Below, one piece after another: positions 10,982-20,102 of a stretch of DNA of 64,000 nt. The stretch is from positions 207,028-271,027 of the forward strand of contig CAXXVK010000060.1 of assembly GCA_963676915.2 (NCBI GenBank), given 5' to 3'. The first letter of the stretch is position 1. Each line of letters starts with the position of its first letter. The DNA comes from Myxococcota bacterium. GTDB lineage: Bacteria > Myxococcota_A > SURF-8 > G963663525. Both the position numbers and the translations under genes were made by a program. Below the pieces are notes generated by a model that was given only the letters and a program-made list of their open reading frames with translations, did no database searches and was not told where the DNA came from.

Positions 10982-12798
10982 TCAGAAAAGCTCGAAATCT
11001 CCCAAATCTTCATCATCTTGATCATCGAATAATTCGATATCCGTTTCTTCCGACGAATCCTGCGATTCGTCCTTGGTTTTTTTGAATTGTTCGTGCACGT
11101 CCCGTTCGCTTTGCATGGTGTAGCGATCAAGATGGTTCTGGAGGTGCTGCGAATGCTCCGTCGGGTCGTCCGACATCAACGGTTCGATACGTTCGGCGAG
11201 TTGATTCAACTCGCTGAGAATCGAGGCGAAAGCGTTCTCCAATTCACTCAGGAAAACCAACTCGTCTTCCGCTTCGTCGAAGCGAGCACCCAAAAGATCG
11301 GTTTTTTGAAAGCCCGTTGTGAGGATTCGCGATAGATCTGATAGGACTGGATGATTTCATCCACCACCTGATCCACATCGGAAGCGTTTTCGTTATCGCC
11401 TTCTTTGCTGCCGGAACGGGATTTGATGGTGGATACCATATCGGCCAGACCTTCGAGAGCCTGAACGACCTGGAACACCTGTCCCTCGGAATCCTTCGAC
11501 AATTCCTGCACTTCTTTGGCCAGAATCCCCAGCGACAACCCGGCATCGCCCAACTGGCGGGACATGATGATGGCGTTGAGCGCTTGCAGACTGAGCATGT
11601 CCGAAATCGACCGGACTTTCTTGATGTGCCCGGCGACCTGGTTGGAAGATTCCACGGCATCGTCGAGAGCGTTGGAAAGACGCAAACCCAGGCGTTCGCC
11701 GTCTTTGAGCATGCGACTGACCGCCTGCAAAAGTGCTCGTAACCGACTGAAAGGATTGGAAGTTCTCTGTCCACCCTGGGATTTCTCGCTGCCGTGAGCC
11801 AGGCTGTCGATATCCTTTTTCAGCCCGTCAAACGAGTGGCTCAGTTTCATTCGGGCATCGTGAATGTCTTCGAGCACACCTGAAATCTGCGTGATCTGCA
11901 ACCGCACCAGCACGTTGATTTCCGAGAAACTTTCAATATTATCAATATCTTGCAGTGCTTCTATAACGTGCTCGATGCGCTGGCGGGTGATATCGTTGAA
12001 CTGGATCGCCACCACCGCTTCGGCGACTTTTTGGGAAATCTCTTTCGAACGCTGTTCGATATCCGAAAGGCGCTCCTGCGAAATATGGAACAGTCGCTCG
12101 ATTTCCGTCGTCGCTTCTTCGGCGTCGAACACCGCTTTGCTGAGCATCGTTTCCAGTTTTTGCGCGCCGCTGTCGAGTTCCGAACCGATGCCGCGCAAAA
12201 TGGCGCGAACGTCGTCGATGTTTTCGGTGAGCAGTTCGGCTCGATCGCTGATGTCTCTGGAAAATCCTTTGATTTCGAGGGAATAGTCTCCGAACATTTT
12301 ATCGGCGTTGTCGGAGCGGGTGGATTGGATGGAAATGTTGATGCCGAAAATACCCAGACGCCAGGCGATTTCCTTGATGTTGCTGATACCCAGATCGAGC
12401 GTTTTCATCAATGAAATCAAGGTGCCTACGTTGTCCCGGCTTTGGAAAACGCCCGAGCTGGCATTGCGCAGACGTTCGATGGCTTTCATCACCAGGCTAC
12501 GGATGTCCACCACGGCGCAGTCGCTCGATTCCAGATCCAGGGATTTTCCGGCTTTCTTCGAGATTTCCGCAACTTCCTCCGCGCCGTTGTAAAACACCTG
12601 CAACGCCGAACCGAGACGAACGAAATTCGGTTCCGAGTTTGCATTGGCTTCTTTCAGGCGGTCGATCACCTCTTGCATGTGCTGTCGAATATCAACAAGA
12701 GGTTCAATCAATGATGTTGAATTGTCGGAAGTGGAGAGCAACATACATCCTGTTTTCGTCACCCGGACCCTATCCCGGTCCGGTTTGTTTTCGATCAT
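10982..12798 (-). pseudogene. Cytoplasmic MCP-like chemotaxis protein, split by a -1 frameshift in an A6 run
   Basis: AIQFNDITRQRIEHV, LQALNAII, YTMQSERDVH and terminal LGDFELF motifs typical of this family. Adding one A at 11302-11307 joins ORFs 11248..12798 and 10982..11293. Confidence 0.8.
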
Positions 12799-13212
12799 GA
12801 AAACATTGTTCTCTCCGGTCGTTCACCGTTTCAGATGAATGCTTCGGAGAAAACTCGAATTTTCCACGTGGTTCGAGGAACCATCGCTACTAGACGAATA
12901 CGGTCTGTCGAAGGATTTCTTGAGTTTTCTAGATGCAAAGGTAAGTTTTTTACTTGGAAAAAGTATCCGACGATCGGAATTGGAACGCGATCGACTCCCT
13001 TGAAATTTTCTTGAAGATTGTTGGAAAACAGGACATGAAAAAGTGAGGTAAAAACCGATAACATATTGTTATTATATGTTTATTGTAGAAAATTTAAATA
13101 TTCATCATCTTTAGGTTTACGCAGGCATTATATGTGTTAATTCAAATACATACAGGAAGAAATTAATACATTCAGTGCAGTTGTGTTTTCCTGTGGATTT
13201 TTCGATTGATTT

Positions 13213-13300
13213 CAGTCTGTCGAGGATGAAAATTGAGAAACAAGGGAAAAAGTAAAAGGTTTTCAAATGGAAGGTGATTCTTCATGAATTATGCGGGCTA
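13213..13300. mobile_element. Right half of TA-ended palindromic MITE (family A, truncated copy)
   Basis: CAGTCTGTCGAGGATGAAAA...GGTGATTCTTCATGAATTATGCGGGCTA matches the right arm of the copies at 13299 and 17348. Confidence 0.75.
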
Positions 13301-13480
13301 GCCCGCATTATTCATGAGGATCGTCGCGAGACGCCGAAAACCGAAGATCTTTCACGAAGTTGGAGCGATTTTTTAACGGAAGCAACCTTGGCAGGTTGTT
13401 GAGTATAAAAAATCGGGGAAACGAGTGAAAGATCAAGAGTTTTCAAGTCGTAGTAGATTCTTCATGAATTATGCGGGCTA
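13299..13480. mobile_element. Palindromic MITE-like element (family A), 182 bp
   Basis: Terminal inverted repeats TAGCCCGCATTATTCATGA / TCATGAATTATGCGGGCTA; internal inverted arms; homologous to 17348..17527. Confidence 0.85.
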
Positions 13481-14178
13481 GCGGAAGGCTCCAACAAACG
13501 TTTTGCCTGGAGGTCGGCTTGTTCGATGTCATTTCGTAAACGTTCGAGATAGGAAGCGAGATCCTCTTGACGGGTATCGGATGGAACCTGAAACGGAGCG
13601 CCCTCGACGAGAGCCACCCGTGCGAAAGGCGGAACCACCCGGTAGCGATCCCAGCTTTTTTCCAAAAGTATCCCCGGCGACGACCAGCCGCCCAAAGGGA
13701 CGATCCATGCTCCGGTACGTCGGGACAACTCGACCGCGCCCCGCTTGGGTTCTCCTTTCGGACCTCGCGGGCCATCCACGGCCAGGGCGGCATGATATCC
13801 CTCTCGAAGGCATTGGGTCATGGCGTCCAGGGCTTGTGCCCCTCCTCGGCTGGAGGAACCGCGCACCACATGAAATCCCAATCCTTCGAGAATACTGGCC
13901 TGCAACGCCCCGTCACGAGACAACGAGGCCATCTGCACCATGGGTGTCGGGTGAGGATAGGCAAACAAACCGAGTTGACGACCGTGAAAAAAAGCCACGA
14001 TGATCCGTTCGCCACCGATGAGCACGTCCGTCACGTTTCGATGAGGTACGAAAACACGCCGCCAGCTCGACCGCAGCGCACGAATCAGTTTTTGCCCTCC
14101 CCAGGCTAGTGAAACGTGGTGGGGTTCGAGAAAAAACTCATCGTTTGTGGAGCATTTTTCATGCATGTATAGATTCAC
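13462..14178 (-). CDS. Lysophospholipid acyltransferase family protein (DUF374-like)
   Basis: AFFHGR, SLSRDG, VRGSSSRGG, AVDGPRGP motifs; the stop codon lies inside the MITE end. Confidence 0.85.
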   Translation of the reverse strand: MNLYMHEKCSTNDEFFLEPHHVSLAWGGQKLIRALRSSWRRVFVPHRNVTDVLIGGERIIVAFFHGRQLGLFAYPHPTPMVQMASLSRDGALQASILEGLGFHVVRGSSSRGGAQALDAMTQCLREGYHAALAVDGPRGPKGEPKRGAVELSRRTGAWIVPLGGWSSPGILLEKSWDRYRVVPPFARVALVEGAPFQVPSDTRQEDLASYLERLRNDIEQADLQAKRLLEPSASPHNS

Positions 14179-14288
14179 GGGAGAACTTGTATCGTTCTAA
14201 ACGTTTGATGGCTTTTCCAAAAACCGTGCGCTACAGTCTACCGTACGAAACGCGAAAGACTGTGTTTTCAATCTGTTGCACCGTCTCC

Positions 14289-15524
14289 TTACTTTTTCGC
14301 CTTTCCTCCCCAGCCCTGCTTCAACACACGGATGCCGTTGCGGTAGAGAATCCGGTCGATTTCGTCGTCCGAGAAGAATTTTTTCATTTCCTCGACGATG
14401 CCGTCGATCTGATCCGGGGTGAAGCAGTCTTTGAAGGGGTCGGTCAGACCGTCGAAATCCGTTCCAATGCCGATGCAGGATACATCGCCGACCAGATTGC
14501 GGATGTAGACCATGTTTTCGACGATATCCTTGATGCCTTTTCCGTCCGAGCCGTAGCGTTTCACCGGGTCCACCAGCCAGCGACGCGACAGAATCAACCC
14601 TACGATGCCGCCGAGTTTGTGGATACGGCGGATTTCGTCGTCGGAAAGGTTGTATTCGTGGTCGAAGAAATGTTTTAGGCCGACGTGCGAGGCCACCACC
14701 GGTCGGTTGTATTCTTCGCAAAGATCGTAAATGGCGTGACGGGCATGTTCCTGGCAGTGGGCGAGATCGATGAGGATGCCCATGTCCAGCAGTTTACGGG
14801 CGAAAGGTTCCGCAAGCTTCGACGGATCACCCCAGGTCCAACTGGCTCGTTTCATCTGGAAGACGGTGTCATCCCGACGAGGAACGATGCGGCCACCCTT
14901 TTTATGGGGAATGTACTCGGTGCCGTCGGTCTGGGGACAGAACATGTTGTCCCAGAAATGCCCAGGGGTGATCATGGACACACCACGTTCCTTGAGGTAG
15001 TCGAGGCGGCTTTTCGTGCGCTCCCAAAAATATTCGACCGATTCGTCCTTGCCCGGTCCGTACCCCAGCGCGTGCGATCCCTCGATCGCGTGGACCATGG
15101 CGATTTCATCCTCGGCCAGCGTGTCGAGATCCTCGACGCGGGTCACCATTTTCAAGCGTTTTTCTCCAGACCGCGCCCGCTTGTTGGTGTTGATCGCCGA
15201 TTGCTCCAGCGTGTCCATCATTTTCAGCAGCGTTTCCCAGGGATCGGCGGTTAGCAGCGGTCCGTAAAACCACGGGGCGAACGTCCAGGAAATCGCTCGA
15301 AAAGGCGCTTTGATCCCTTTGCCGACGAAACCCGGCTCGATCACGTAATGGGCGCAAAGCATGACTTTTTCAGGACTTTTCTTGAGATTTCCCCAGCGCG
15401 TGCGGAAACTCAGGGGGTTCCAGAAACTTCCCGAATAGACCAGCGCCCGAAAGGATTTGCGCAGGTAGGGAAGATAATACATTTTCAGACTGGGATGGAC
15501 GTGCAGGTCCAGCAATCGACTCAT
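14289..15524 (-). CDS. Membrane dipeptidase family (peptidase M19-like amidohydrolase)
   Basis: DLHVH, IEGSH, HFWDN, ILIDLAH, VASHVG, NLSD, IGIGTDFDG motifs. Confidence 0.88.
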   Translation of the reverse strand: MSRLLDLHVHPSLKMYYLPYLRKSFRALVYSGSFWNPLSFRTRWGNLKKSPEKVMLCAHYVIEPGFVGKGIKAPFRAISWTFAPWFYGPLLTADPWETLLKMMDTLEQSAINTNKRARSGEKRLKMVTRVEDLDTLAEDEIAMVHAIEGSHALGYGPGKDESVEYFWERTKSRLDYLKERGVSMITPGHFWDNMFCPQTDGTEYIPHKKGGRIVPRRDDTVFQMKRASWTWGDPSKLAEPFARKLLDMGILIDLAHCQEHARHAIYDLCEEYNRPVVASHVGLKHFFDHEYNLSDDEIRRIHKLGGIVGLILSRRWLVDPVKRYGSDGKGIKDIVENMVYIRNLVGDVSCIGIGTDFDGLTDPFKDCFTPDQIDGIVEEMKKFFSDDEIDRILYRNGIRVLKQGWGGKAKK

Positions 15525-15592
15525 AGGTCACCTCTGCAATCGCGTTACGAATCAACCCGCGAAAAGCGCCGTTCGTTCTCCGTAGGTCGCCG

Positions 15593-16399
15593 TCAAGGGG
15601 ATACCAGATTGTTCCGATCCGGCAAGCCGATCAACCACCGGCTCACCATTCGCCACCCGGCCGGATCGACCAGATAGCTGTAATGTGTAAAAGGCGTTGC
15701 GTCTATGGCTTCGCTGCCCGGCAGAATCGCCGAACGGGCAGGAAGAATCATTAAATCGCCGTCACTCCAGAAACTAATGCTTTTTATGGCCGTAGGCCAT
15801 GTTTTTTCGTTCAATTTTCGCATCAAATCGCTATTGGGACGCAATTGGCGCGTGATCTCGGTGTTGGCGAAACGGGCCGCGTGGGTTCCCTGATGGGGAC
15901 TGCCCAGGGTGGTCAACGTGGCGGTGCGTTGATCCAGGCCCAATTCCTGAATCGCAAAACGGCAGACGATACCCCCGAGGCTGTGCCCGACGAGATCCAC
16001 TTTTTGTTCTCCCGTCACGTCGCACACTCTTTCCACAAACCGCACGAGCGACCGCGCCATCTGAACCACATCCCGATCCTCTTCGAAATGCACGCTGTAG
16101 CTGCGAGTGCGTCCCAATAACGTTAAGTAGGCGGCATGACCGAGAAAATTCCCCCGGTTCCCTCCCAACCCGTGGACGAAAACCAGGGGCCGGTAGCCAT
16201 CGTATTTTTTGAAGCGCACGGGATCGGTTTTCGGAGCCAGCAGGCTCAGTCCCAACAACGGGGTCTGGAGCAGGTGCCGACCCACATCGGGATCGACCTT
16301 GCGTAAAAGATCCACCACGGCTTGAGCCAGAAAAGCCCCCGCTTTTCCGGTTTGACGAGAGAGCTTTTTCAACGGAAAACTGCGGCTGGCAGGAATCAT
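15593..16399 (-). CDS. Alpha/beta-hydrolase (lipase/esterase)
   Basis: VFVHGLGG, GHSLG nucleophile elbow, LGSPHQGT, Asp (GDLMI) and His (FTHYS) triad candidates. Confidence 0.9.
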   Translation of the reverse strand: MIPASRSFPLKKLSRQTGKAGAFLAQAVVDLLRKVDPDVGRHLLQTPLLGLSLLAPKTDPVRFKKYDGYRPLVFVHGLGGNRGNFLGHAAYLTLLGRTRSYSVHFEEDRDVVQMARSLVRFVERVCDVTGEQKVDLVGHSLGGIVCRFAIQELGLDQRTATLTTLGSPHQGTHAARFANTEITRQLRPNSDLMRKLNEKTWPTAIKSISFWSDGDLMILPARSAILPGSEAIDATPFTHYSYLVDPAGWRMVSRWLIGLPDRNNLVSP

Positions 16400-16403
16400 C
16401 GAG

Positions 16404-17162
16404 CTACTCCTTTTCCGGAGTGTTTTCAGGGGGTTCCTGGTCCGGTTTCGGGGTTTCTTCCACCGGTTCGGGCGATTTCTGAAGCTGCTTTCGCGCTACG
16501 TTCAAGGCGGCCTGAAAGCTTTTCATGCGTTTTTTCCAGCGCTCGATTCCGTAGGACAGCCGCTGGATGCGCTCGGAAAGATCCGTCAGCATTTCCGCCG
16601 CCTGTTCCACCGTCTGTCGGTCGGGTTTCTTTTCACCGGTTAGGCCGTCTTTTTCGGCGTCGGACAACCCGAAGATTCGGATCAGGTCGCGGATCTCATC
16701 CAGCGAATAGGAGAAAAGCTGCAAGTCCTGGATTTGACGGCAGAATTTCACCCAGCGTTCCTCGTACAGCCGAAAGCCTCCCTCACTGCGCCGGGTCGGC
16801 TCGATCAACCCGCGTTCTTCCCAGTATTTGAGGGTCCGGGCGTTGAGACCGCTGGATTTGGCCAGCTCACCGACGGTCAGCAAGTTACGGATATCTCCGC
16901 GCTTTTTTCGCCCACCACGAGCGCCGGGCAGGCCGATTTTCTTCGAGATTTTCTTGATATCCGCCGTCGAATAGCCCATCTCGAACAGTTGCTTGACCTG
17001 CTCCAGCAGCGGGAAATCCCGAGGCGTGAACAACGGTTGCGTCCCATCGGCCAGCGTGGACGGTTCGAGGATTTTTTCTCTCAAACAACTTTCCAGCACC
17101 TCGGGGGACAGGTCGAGTTTTTCGGCCATTTCTTCGAGCGTATAAATTTCGGAAGATTCCAT
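16404..17162 (-). CDS. MerR-family transcriptional regulator with two HTH domains
   Basis: N-terminal degenerate MerR HTH plus LTVGELAKSSGLNARTLKYWEERGLIEPTRRSEGGFRLY; coiled-coil C-terminus. Confidence 0.9.
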   Translation of the reverse strand: MESSEIYTLEEMAEKLDLSPEVLESCLREKILEPSTLADGTQPLFTPRDFPLLEQVKQLFEMGYSTADIKKISKKIGLPGARGGRKKRGDIRNLLTVGELAKSSGLNARTLKYWEERGLIEPTRRSEGGFRLYEERWVKFCRQIQDLQLFSYSLDEIRDLIRIFGLSDAEKDGLTGEKKPDRQTVEQAAEMLTDLSERIQRLSYGIERWKKRMKSFQAALNVARKQLQKSPEPVEETPKPDQEPPENTPEKE

Positions 17163-17185
17163 CGGTTCCTCTTAAGTGACAGTGC

Positions 17186-17219
17186 ACGTATAGTTTAACA
17201 ATGCTAAACTATACGTCAA
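17186..17219 (-). promoter_or_regulatory. Sigma70-type promoter of the MerR gene overlapped by a 12-bp inverted-repeat operator
   Basis: Minus strand TTGACG-N16-TAAACT; perfect inverted repeat ACGTATAGTTTA-N7-TAAACTATACGT (17186-17216). Confidence 0.7.
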
Positions 17220-17347
17220 GGTATATTTATGAAAAATCGAAAATCGATGGGGATTTTGTGCGTACATTGTGGTTCAAAGGTCGCAAAAACGGTCACAATG
17301 TTCCCGTTTTTCGGCACAATGTGACGGAAATTTGGCACAAAATCCCT

Positions 17348-17527
17348 TAACCCGGATTATTCATGAGGATCGTAGCGAGACGTAGAAAAACGATGATATT
17401 TCATGAAGTTGGAACGATTTTCACCCGCAGGCATACTGAACAGTCTGTCGAGGATGAAAATCGGGAAACGAGTGAAAGATCGAGAATTTTCAAGTCGTAG
17501 GTGATTCTTCATGAATCATCCGGGTTA
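17348..17527. mobile_element. Palindromic MITE-like element (family A), 180 bp
   Basis: TIRs TAACCCGGATTATTCATGA / TCATGAATCATCCGGGTTA; central CGCAGGCATAC-N-GTCTGTCGAGGAT. Confidence 0.88.
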
Positions 17528-17671
17528 AAATCAACCTGTGTGCCGTAGACCTAACGATGTGAGGTAGATTCGTCTAATTGGTCTGCAATTTCGAAAAGGA
17601 TGGCTTCGAGTTGGTTAGCAGGTTACGACACCACCTAGAACTGTGGTTCGATATCTCGAAAGATTTTTCGT

Positions 17672-18400
17672 TTAGCCTTTGAAGCGAATCAGCACGATCA
17701 GGCGTCCCAGGTCGGAGAGCACTTTCGGAACTCGACGATACAGGTGAATCGACGGGGGCCGCACCTCCTGCAACACCAGAGGGATTTCACAGACGCGATA
17801 CCCGCCGCGCATGGCGCGAATCACCAGCTCGGAAGCGAAAAGATCCTTGCGAAGCTCGCATTGCTCGACCACATCCAGCAGCCGTTCGCGACGGAAAGAT
17901 TTCAGCCCATGGGTGTCGGTGCCTTCGAAACCGACGGCCACCCACAACATTTTATTGAGCACCCGCGTCGCCACCCGCCGGAAAAGCGGCCGGTTGTCCT
18001 GCGATTCTCCAAGCGCTTTGGAACCGACCACCATGTCGGCTTCGTCCTCGCGCAAAATCGCCAGCGCACGTCGGTGAAAATCGGTGTCGCAGAGATCGAT
18101 TTCCTCGCAGACGATCAACTCGCCCCGAGCTTCGAGAATTCCCAGGTGCAGGGCTTCGCCGTAATCGGGAAGCGGACAACGCAGCAGACGAACCTGCTCG
18201 TGGCGTCGGCTCAGTTCCTCGCCGATTTCTACCGTGCGGTCGCTGGAGCCGTTTTCGGAAATCAGGATTTCGTAGTCGAAATCGAATTCGGCTGCTTCGT
18301 CGTAGGCTTTGACCAGACTTTCGATAGCCTGTTCCAGAATCTGTTCTTCGTTGTAGACCGGAATCACGATGGACACCAGTGGAGAAGCTGCTCCGCTCAC
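17672..18400 (-). CDS. Glycosyltransferase family 2 (dolichol/polyprenol-phosphate hexosyltransferase-like)
   Basis: SIVIPVYNEE, ENGSSDRT, EID, MVVGSK, DTHGLK motifs. Confidence 0.88.
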   Translation of the reverse strand: MSGAASPLVSIVIPVYNEEQILEQAIESLVKAYDEAAEFDFDYEILISENGSSDRTVEIGEELSRRHEQVRLLRCPLPDYGEALHLGILEARGELIVCEEIDLCDTDFHRRALAILREDEADMVVGSKALGESQDNRPLFRRVATRVLNKMLWVAVGFEGTDTHGLKSFRRERLLDVVEQCELRKDLFASELVIRAMRGGYRVCEIPLVLQEVRPPSIHLYRRVPKVLSDLGRLIVLIRFKG

Positions 18401-18442
18401 GTCGTACCCTTTCCGTTTATTTCAACGGACCTTGCGGCCCGT

Positions 18443-19747
18443 TTACGATTTCTCGGCCAGACAGGCGCGAATCTCCTTCGCCGCTTCCCGCCCTTCGATC
18501 AATGCGCTTTCCATCGAATTGTAGGTCCAACGACCATAGCGCCCGATGGAATGAATGTCCATTTTCTTCAGCCATGTGAAAATGGTTTTCAAACTCCGCT
18601 CATACGATGAATCGAAAACCACGTACGCGCAAGGAATTTCCTTGGGTTCGGCGAACAGCACATCCTTTTCCGAACCGATCACGCCGCCTTTGACCAGCGC
18701 TTTGGAGGTTTGACGCCACAGGTTGCGTTGATTCATGCGACCTCGGTAAGAAAATTCCACGTACAGGTTCCCCATACCTTCGGGAGCCATCGATGGCACC
18801 GCGTTGGAAAAACTTCCCACCCGATAGAACGGAAAATCTTTTTCGGGGAAATAGATCCAATGGGCGTCATTCAGCGGCGGACGTTTTAGCGCAACGTTGT
18901 AATAAAACACGCCGTTGTGCACCAGGTTTTCGGCGGCAAGTTTCACACTGGAAGGTGCATCCGCGATGATTCGAATCAACTCCGGCAACGGCGCGCTGTT
19001 GACGAGGTGCCGGTACTCTTCCACACTTCCGTCATTGAGCGTGACTTTGTGCGATTTGGCGTGAATTTCCACAGGCCAGGTGGAATATTGGATGCGTTTG
19101 GCGTCGAGTTGCCCGACGATCGCTTTCGACAATTCGCCGATGCCGTTTTCCAACGGATAACTGAAGGTCGCGTTGTACCCGATTTTCCGATCGGGGGCCG
19201 CCAACGCGCCCTCGACGATCTGATCCAGCGTCGGTTTAGGAATGTAGTGTTGACACCAATAGGGATTCATGTCCCGAGGATGCGTCCGCCAGAGTTTTTC
19301 GTTGTACGGAATCATGAAATGGCGCGCAATACCCCGTCCCATGTGCCGAATCACCCATTCCTCGAAGGTTTTGGGTTCCTTCTTCGGTGGATTCACGAGG
19401 GTGTCTTCGACGAATTCCCGGATGATTTCCTGCACTACCGGCAGCGGAAGCCCGTAGGTGTTGGTCTGGAACGGATAATGCGTCATCACGCCTTTGGAAT
19501 AAATCCGCGCCTTGCGCTCGACGACGGTCATTCGTTTGCCCATCAGGCTGCCGATCCAGCGCTTTATTCCCGGATCTCGCATGTGCAGCCAGTGACCGGT
19601 CAGATCGAAACGGAAACCGTCTTTTTCATGGGTAATGACCAAACCGCCCGCATGGTCGTTTTTTTCGACGATTTTGTAGTGTGTTTTCAGCGAACGGGCG
19701 CAGCTCATTCCGGCCAGTCCCGCACCGACAATCAACGTTGTGGGCAT
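18443..19747 (-). CDS. FAD-dependent oxidoreductase (HemY / UDP-galactopyranose mutase-like)
   Basis: IVGAGLAG, GFRFDLTGHWLH, FPFYRV, GRYGRWTY; start placed at MPTTLIVG. Confidence 0.85.
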   Translation of the reverse strand: MPTTLIVGAGLAGMSCARSLKTHYKIVEKNDHAGGLVITHEKDGFRFDLTGHWLHMRDPGIKRWIGSLMGKRMTVVERKARIYSKGVMTHYPFQTNTYGLPLPVVQEIIREFVEDTLVNPPKKEPKTFEEWVIRHMGRGIARHFMIPYNEKLWRTHPRDMNPYWCQHYIPKPTLDQIVEGALAAPDRKIGYNATFSYPLENGIGELSKAIVGQLDAKRIQYSTWPVEIHAKSHKVTLNDGSVEEYRHLVNSAPLPELIRIIADAPSSVKLAAENLVHNGVFYYNVALKRPPLNDAHWIYFPEKDFPFYRVGSFSNAVPSMAPEGMGNLYVEFSYRGRMNQRNLWRQTSKALVKGGVIGSEKDVLFAEPKEIPCAYVVFDSSYERSLKTIFTWLKKMDIHSIGRYGRWTYNSMESALIEGREAAKEIRACLAEKS

Positions 19748-19914
19748 CGTATTTCGTCTTTCATTCCAAAGAGATCCGCCCAATCTGCGGTCTCGGGATT
19801 CACGAATGCCGAAACCCTACCACAATCCTCCCGGACCTGCCAAGGGGTGGGAATCATTCCAGCACTTTCCGGGCAGACATTCAAAAAGTGCGAAATCTTG
19901 AGATACACTTTGCT

Positions 19915-20096
19915 TAGCCGTTATGATTTGGTTTTATCGATGGAACCCCTGAAAACAAAGGGTGGCACGGGCTAAGCGACGTGAAACGTTCGCTTGCCCG
20001 TGGTCGAAGGAAATCCATGGGCAACCTTACGGTTAGCCCATGCCACCCATCGATCTGGAATTACGGAATTTTTATGGGTGGTTATGTTTTCTGCTA
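19915..20096. repeat. Degenerate TATAGC-type shell containing a GGGTGGCAC REP-like palindrome (19960..20048)
   Basis: TAGCCGTTATGATTTGG left end; GGGTGGCACGGGCTAA ... TTAGCCCATGCCACCC; homologous to 24359..24436; right end weak. Confidence 0.7.
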
Positions 20097-20102
20097 CCGC
20101 TC

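Noticed and set aside
13213-13480. Direct repeats 180 bp apart as a CRISPR array
   Set aside because: Only two units, the spacing is too long, there are no cas genes, and tandem MITE ends explain it.
17602-17660. tRNA-like words (AGTTGGTTAG ... GGTTCGA)
   Set aside because: The T-stem and acceptor stem do not pair, so there is no cloverleaf.
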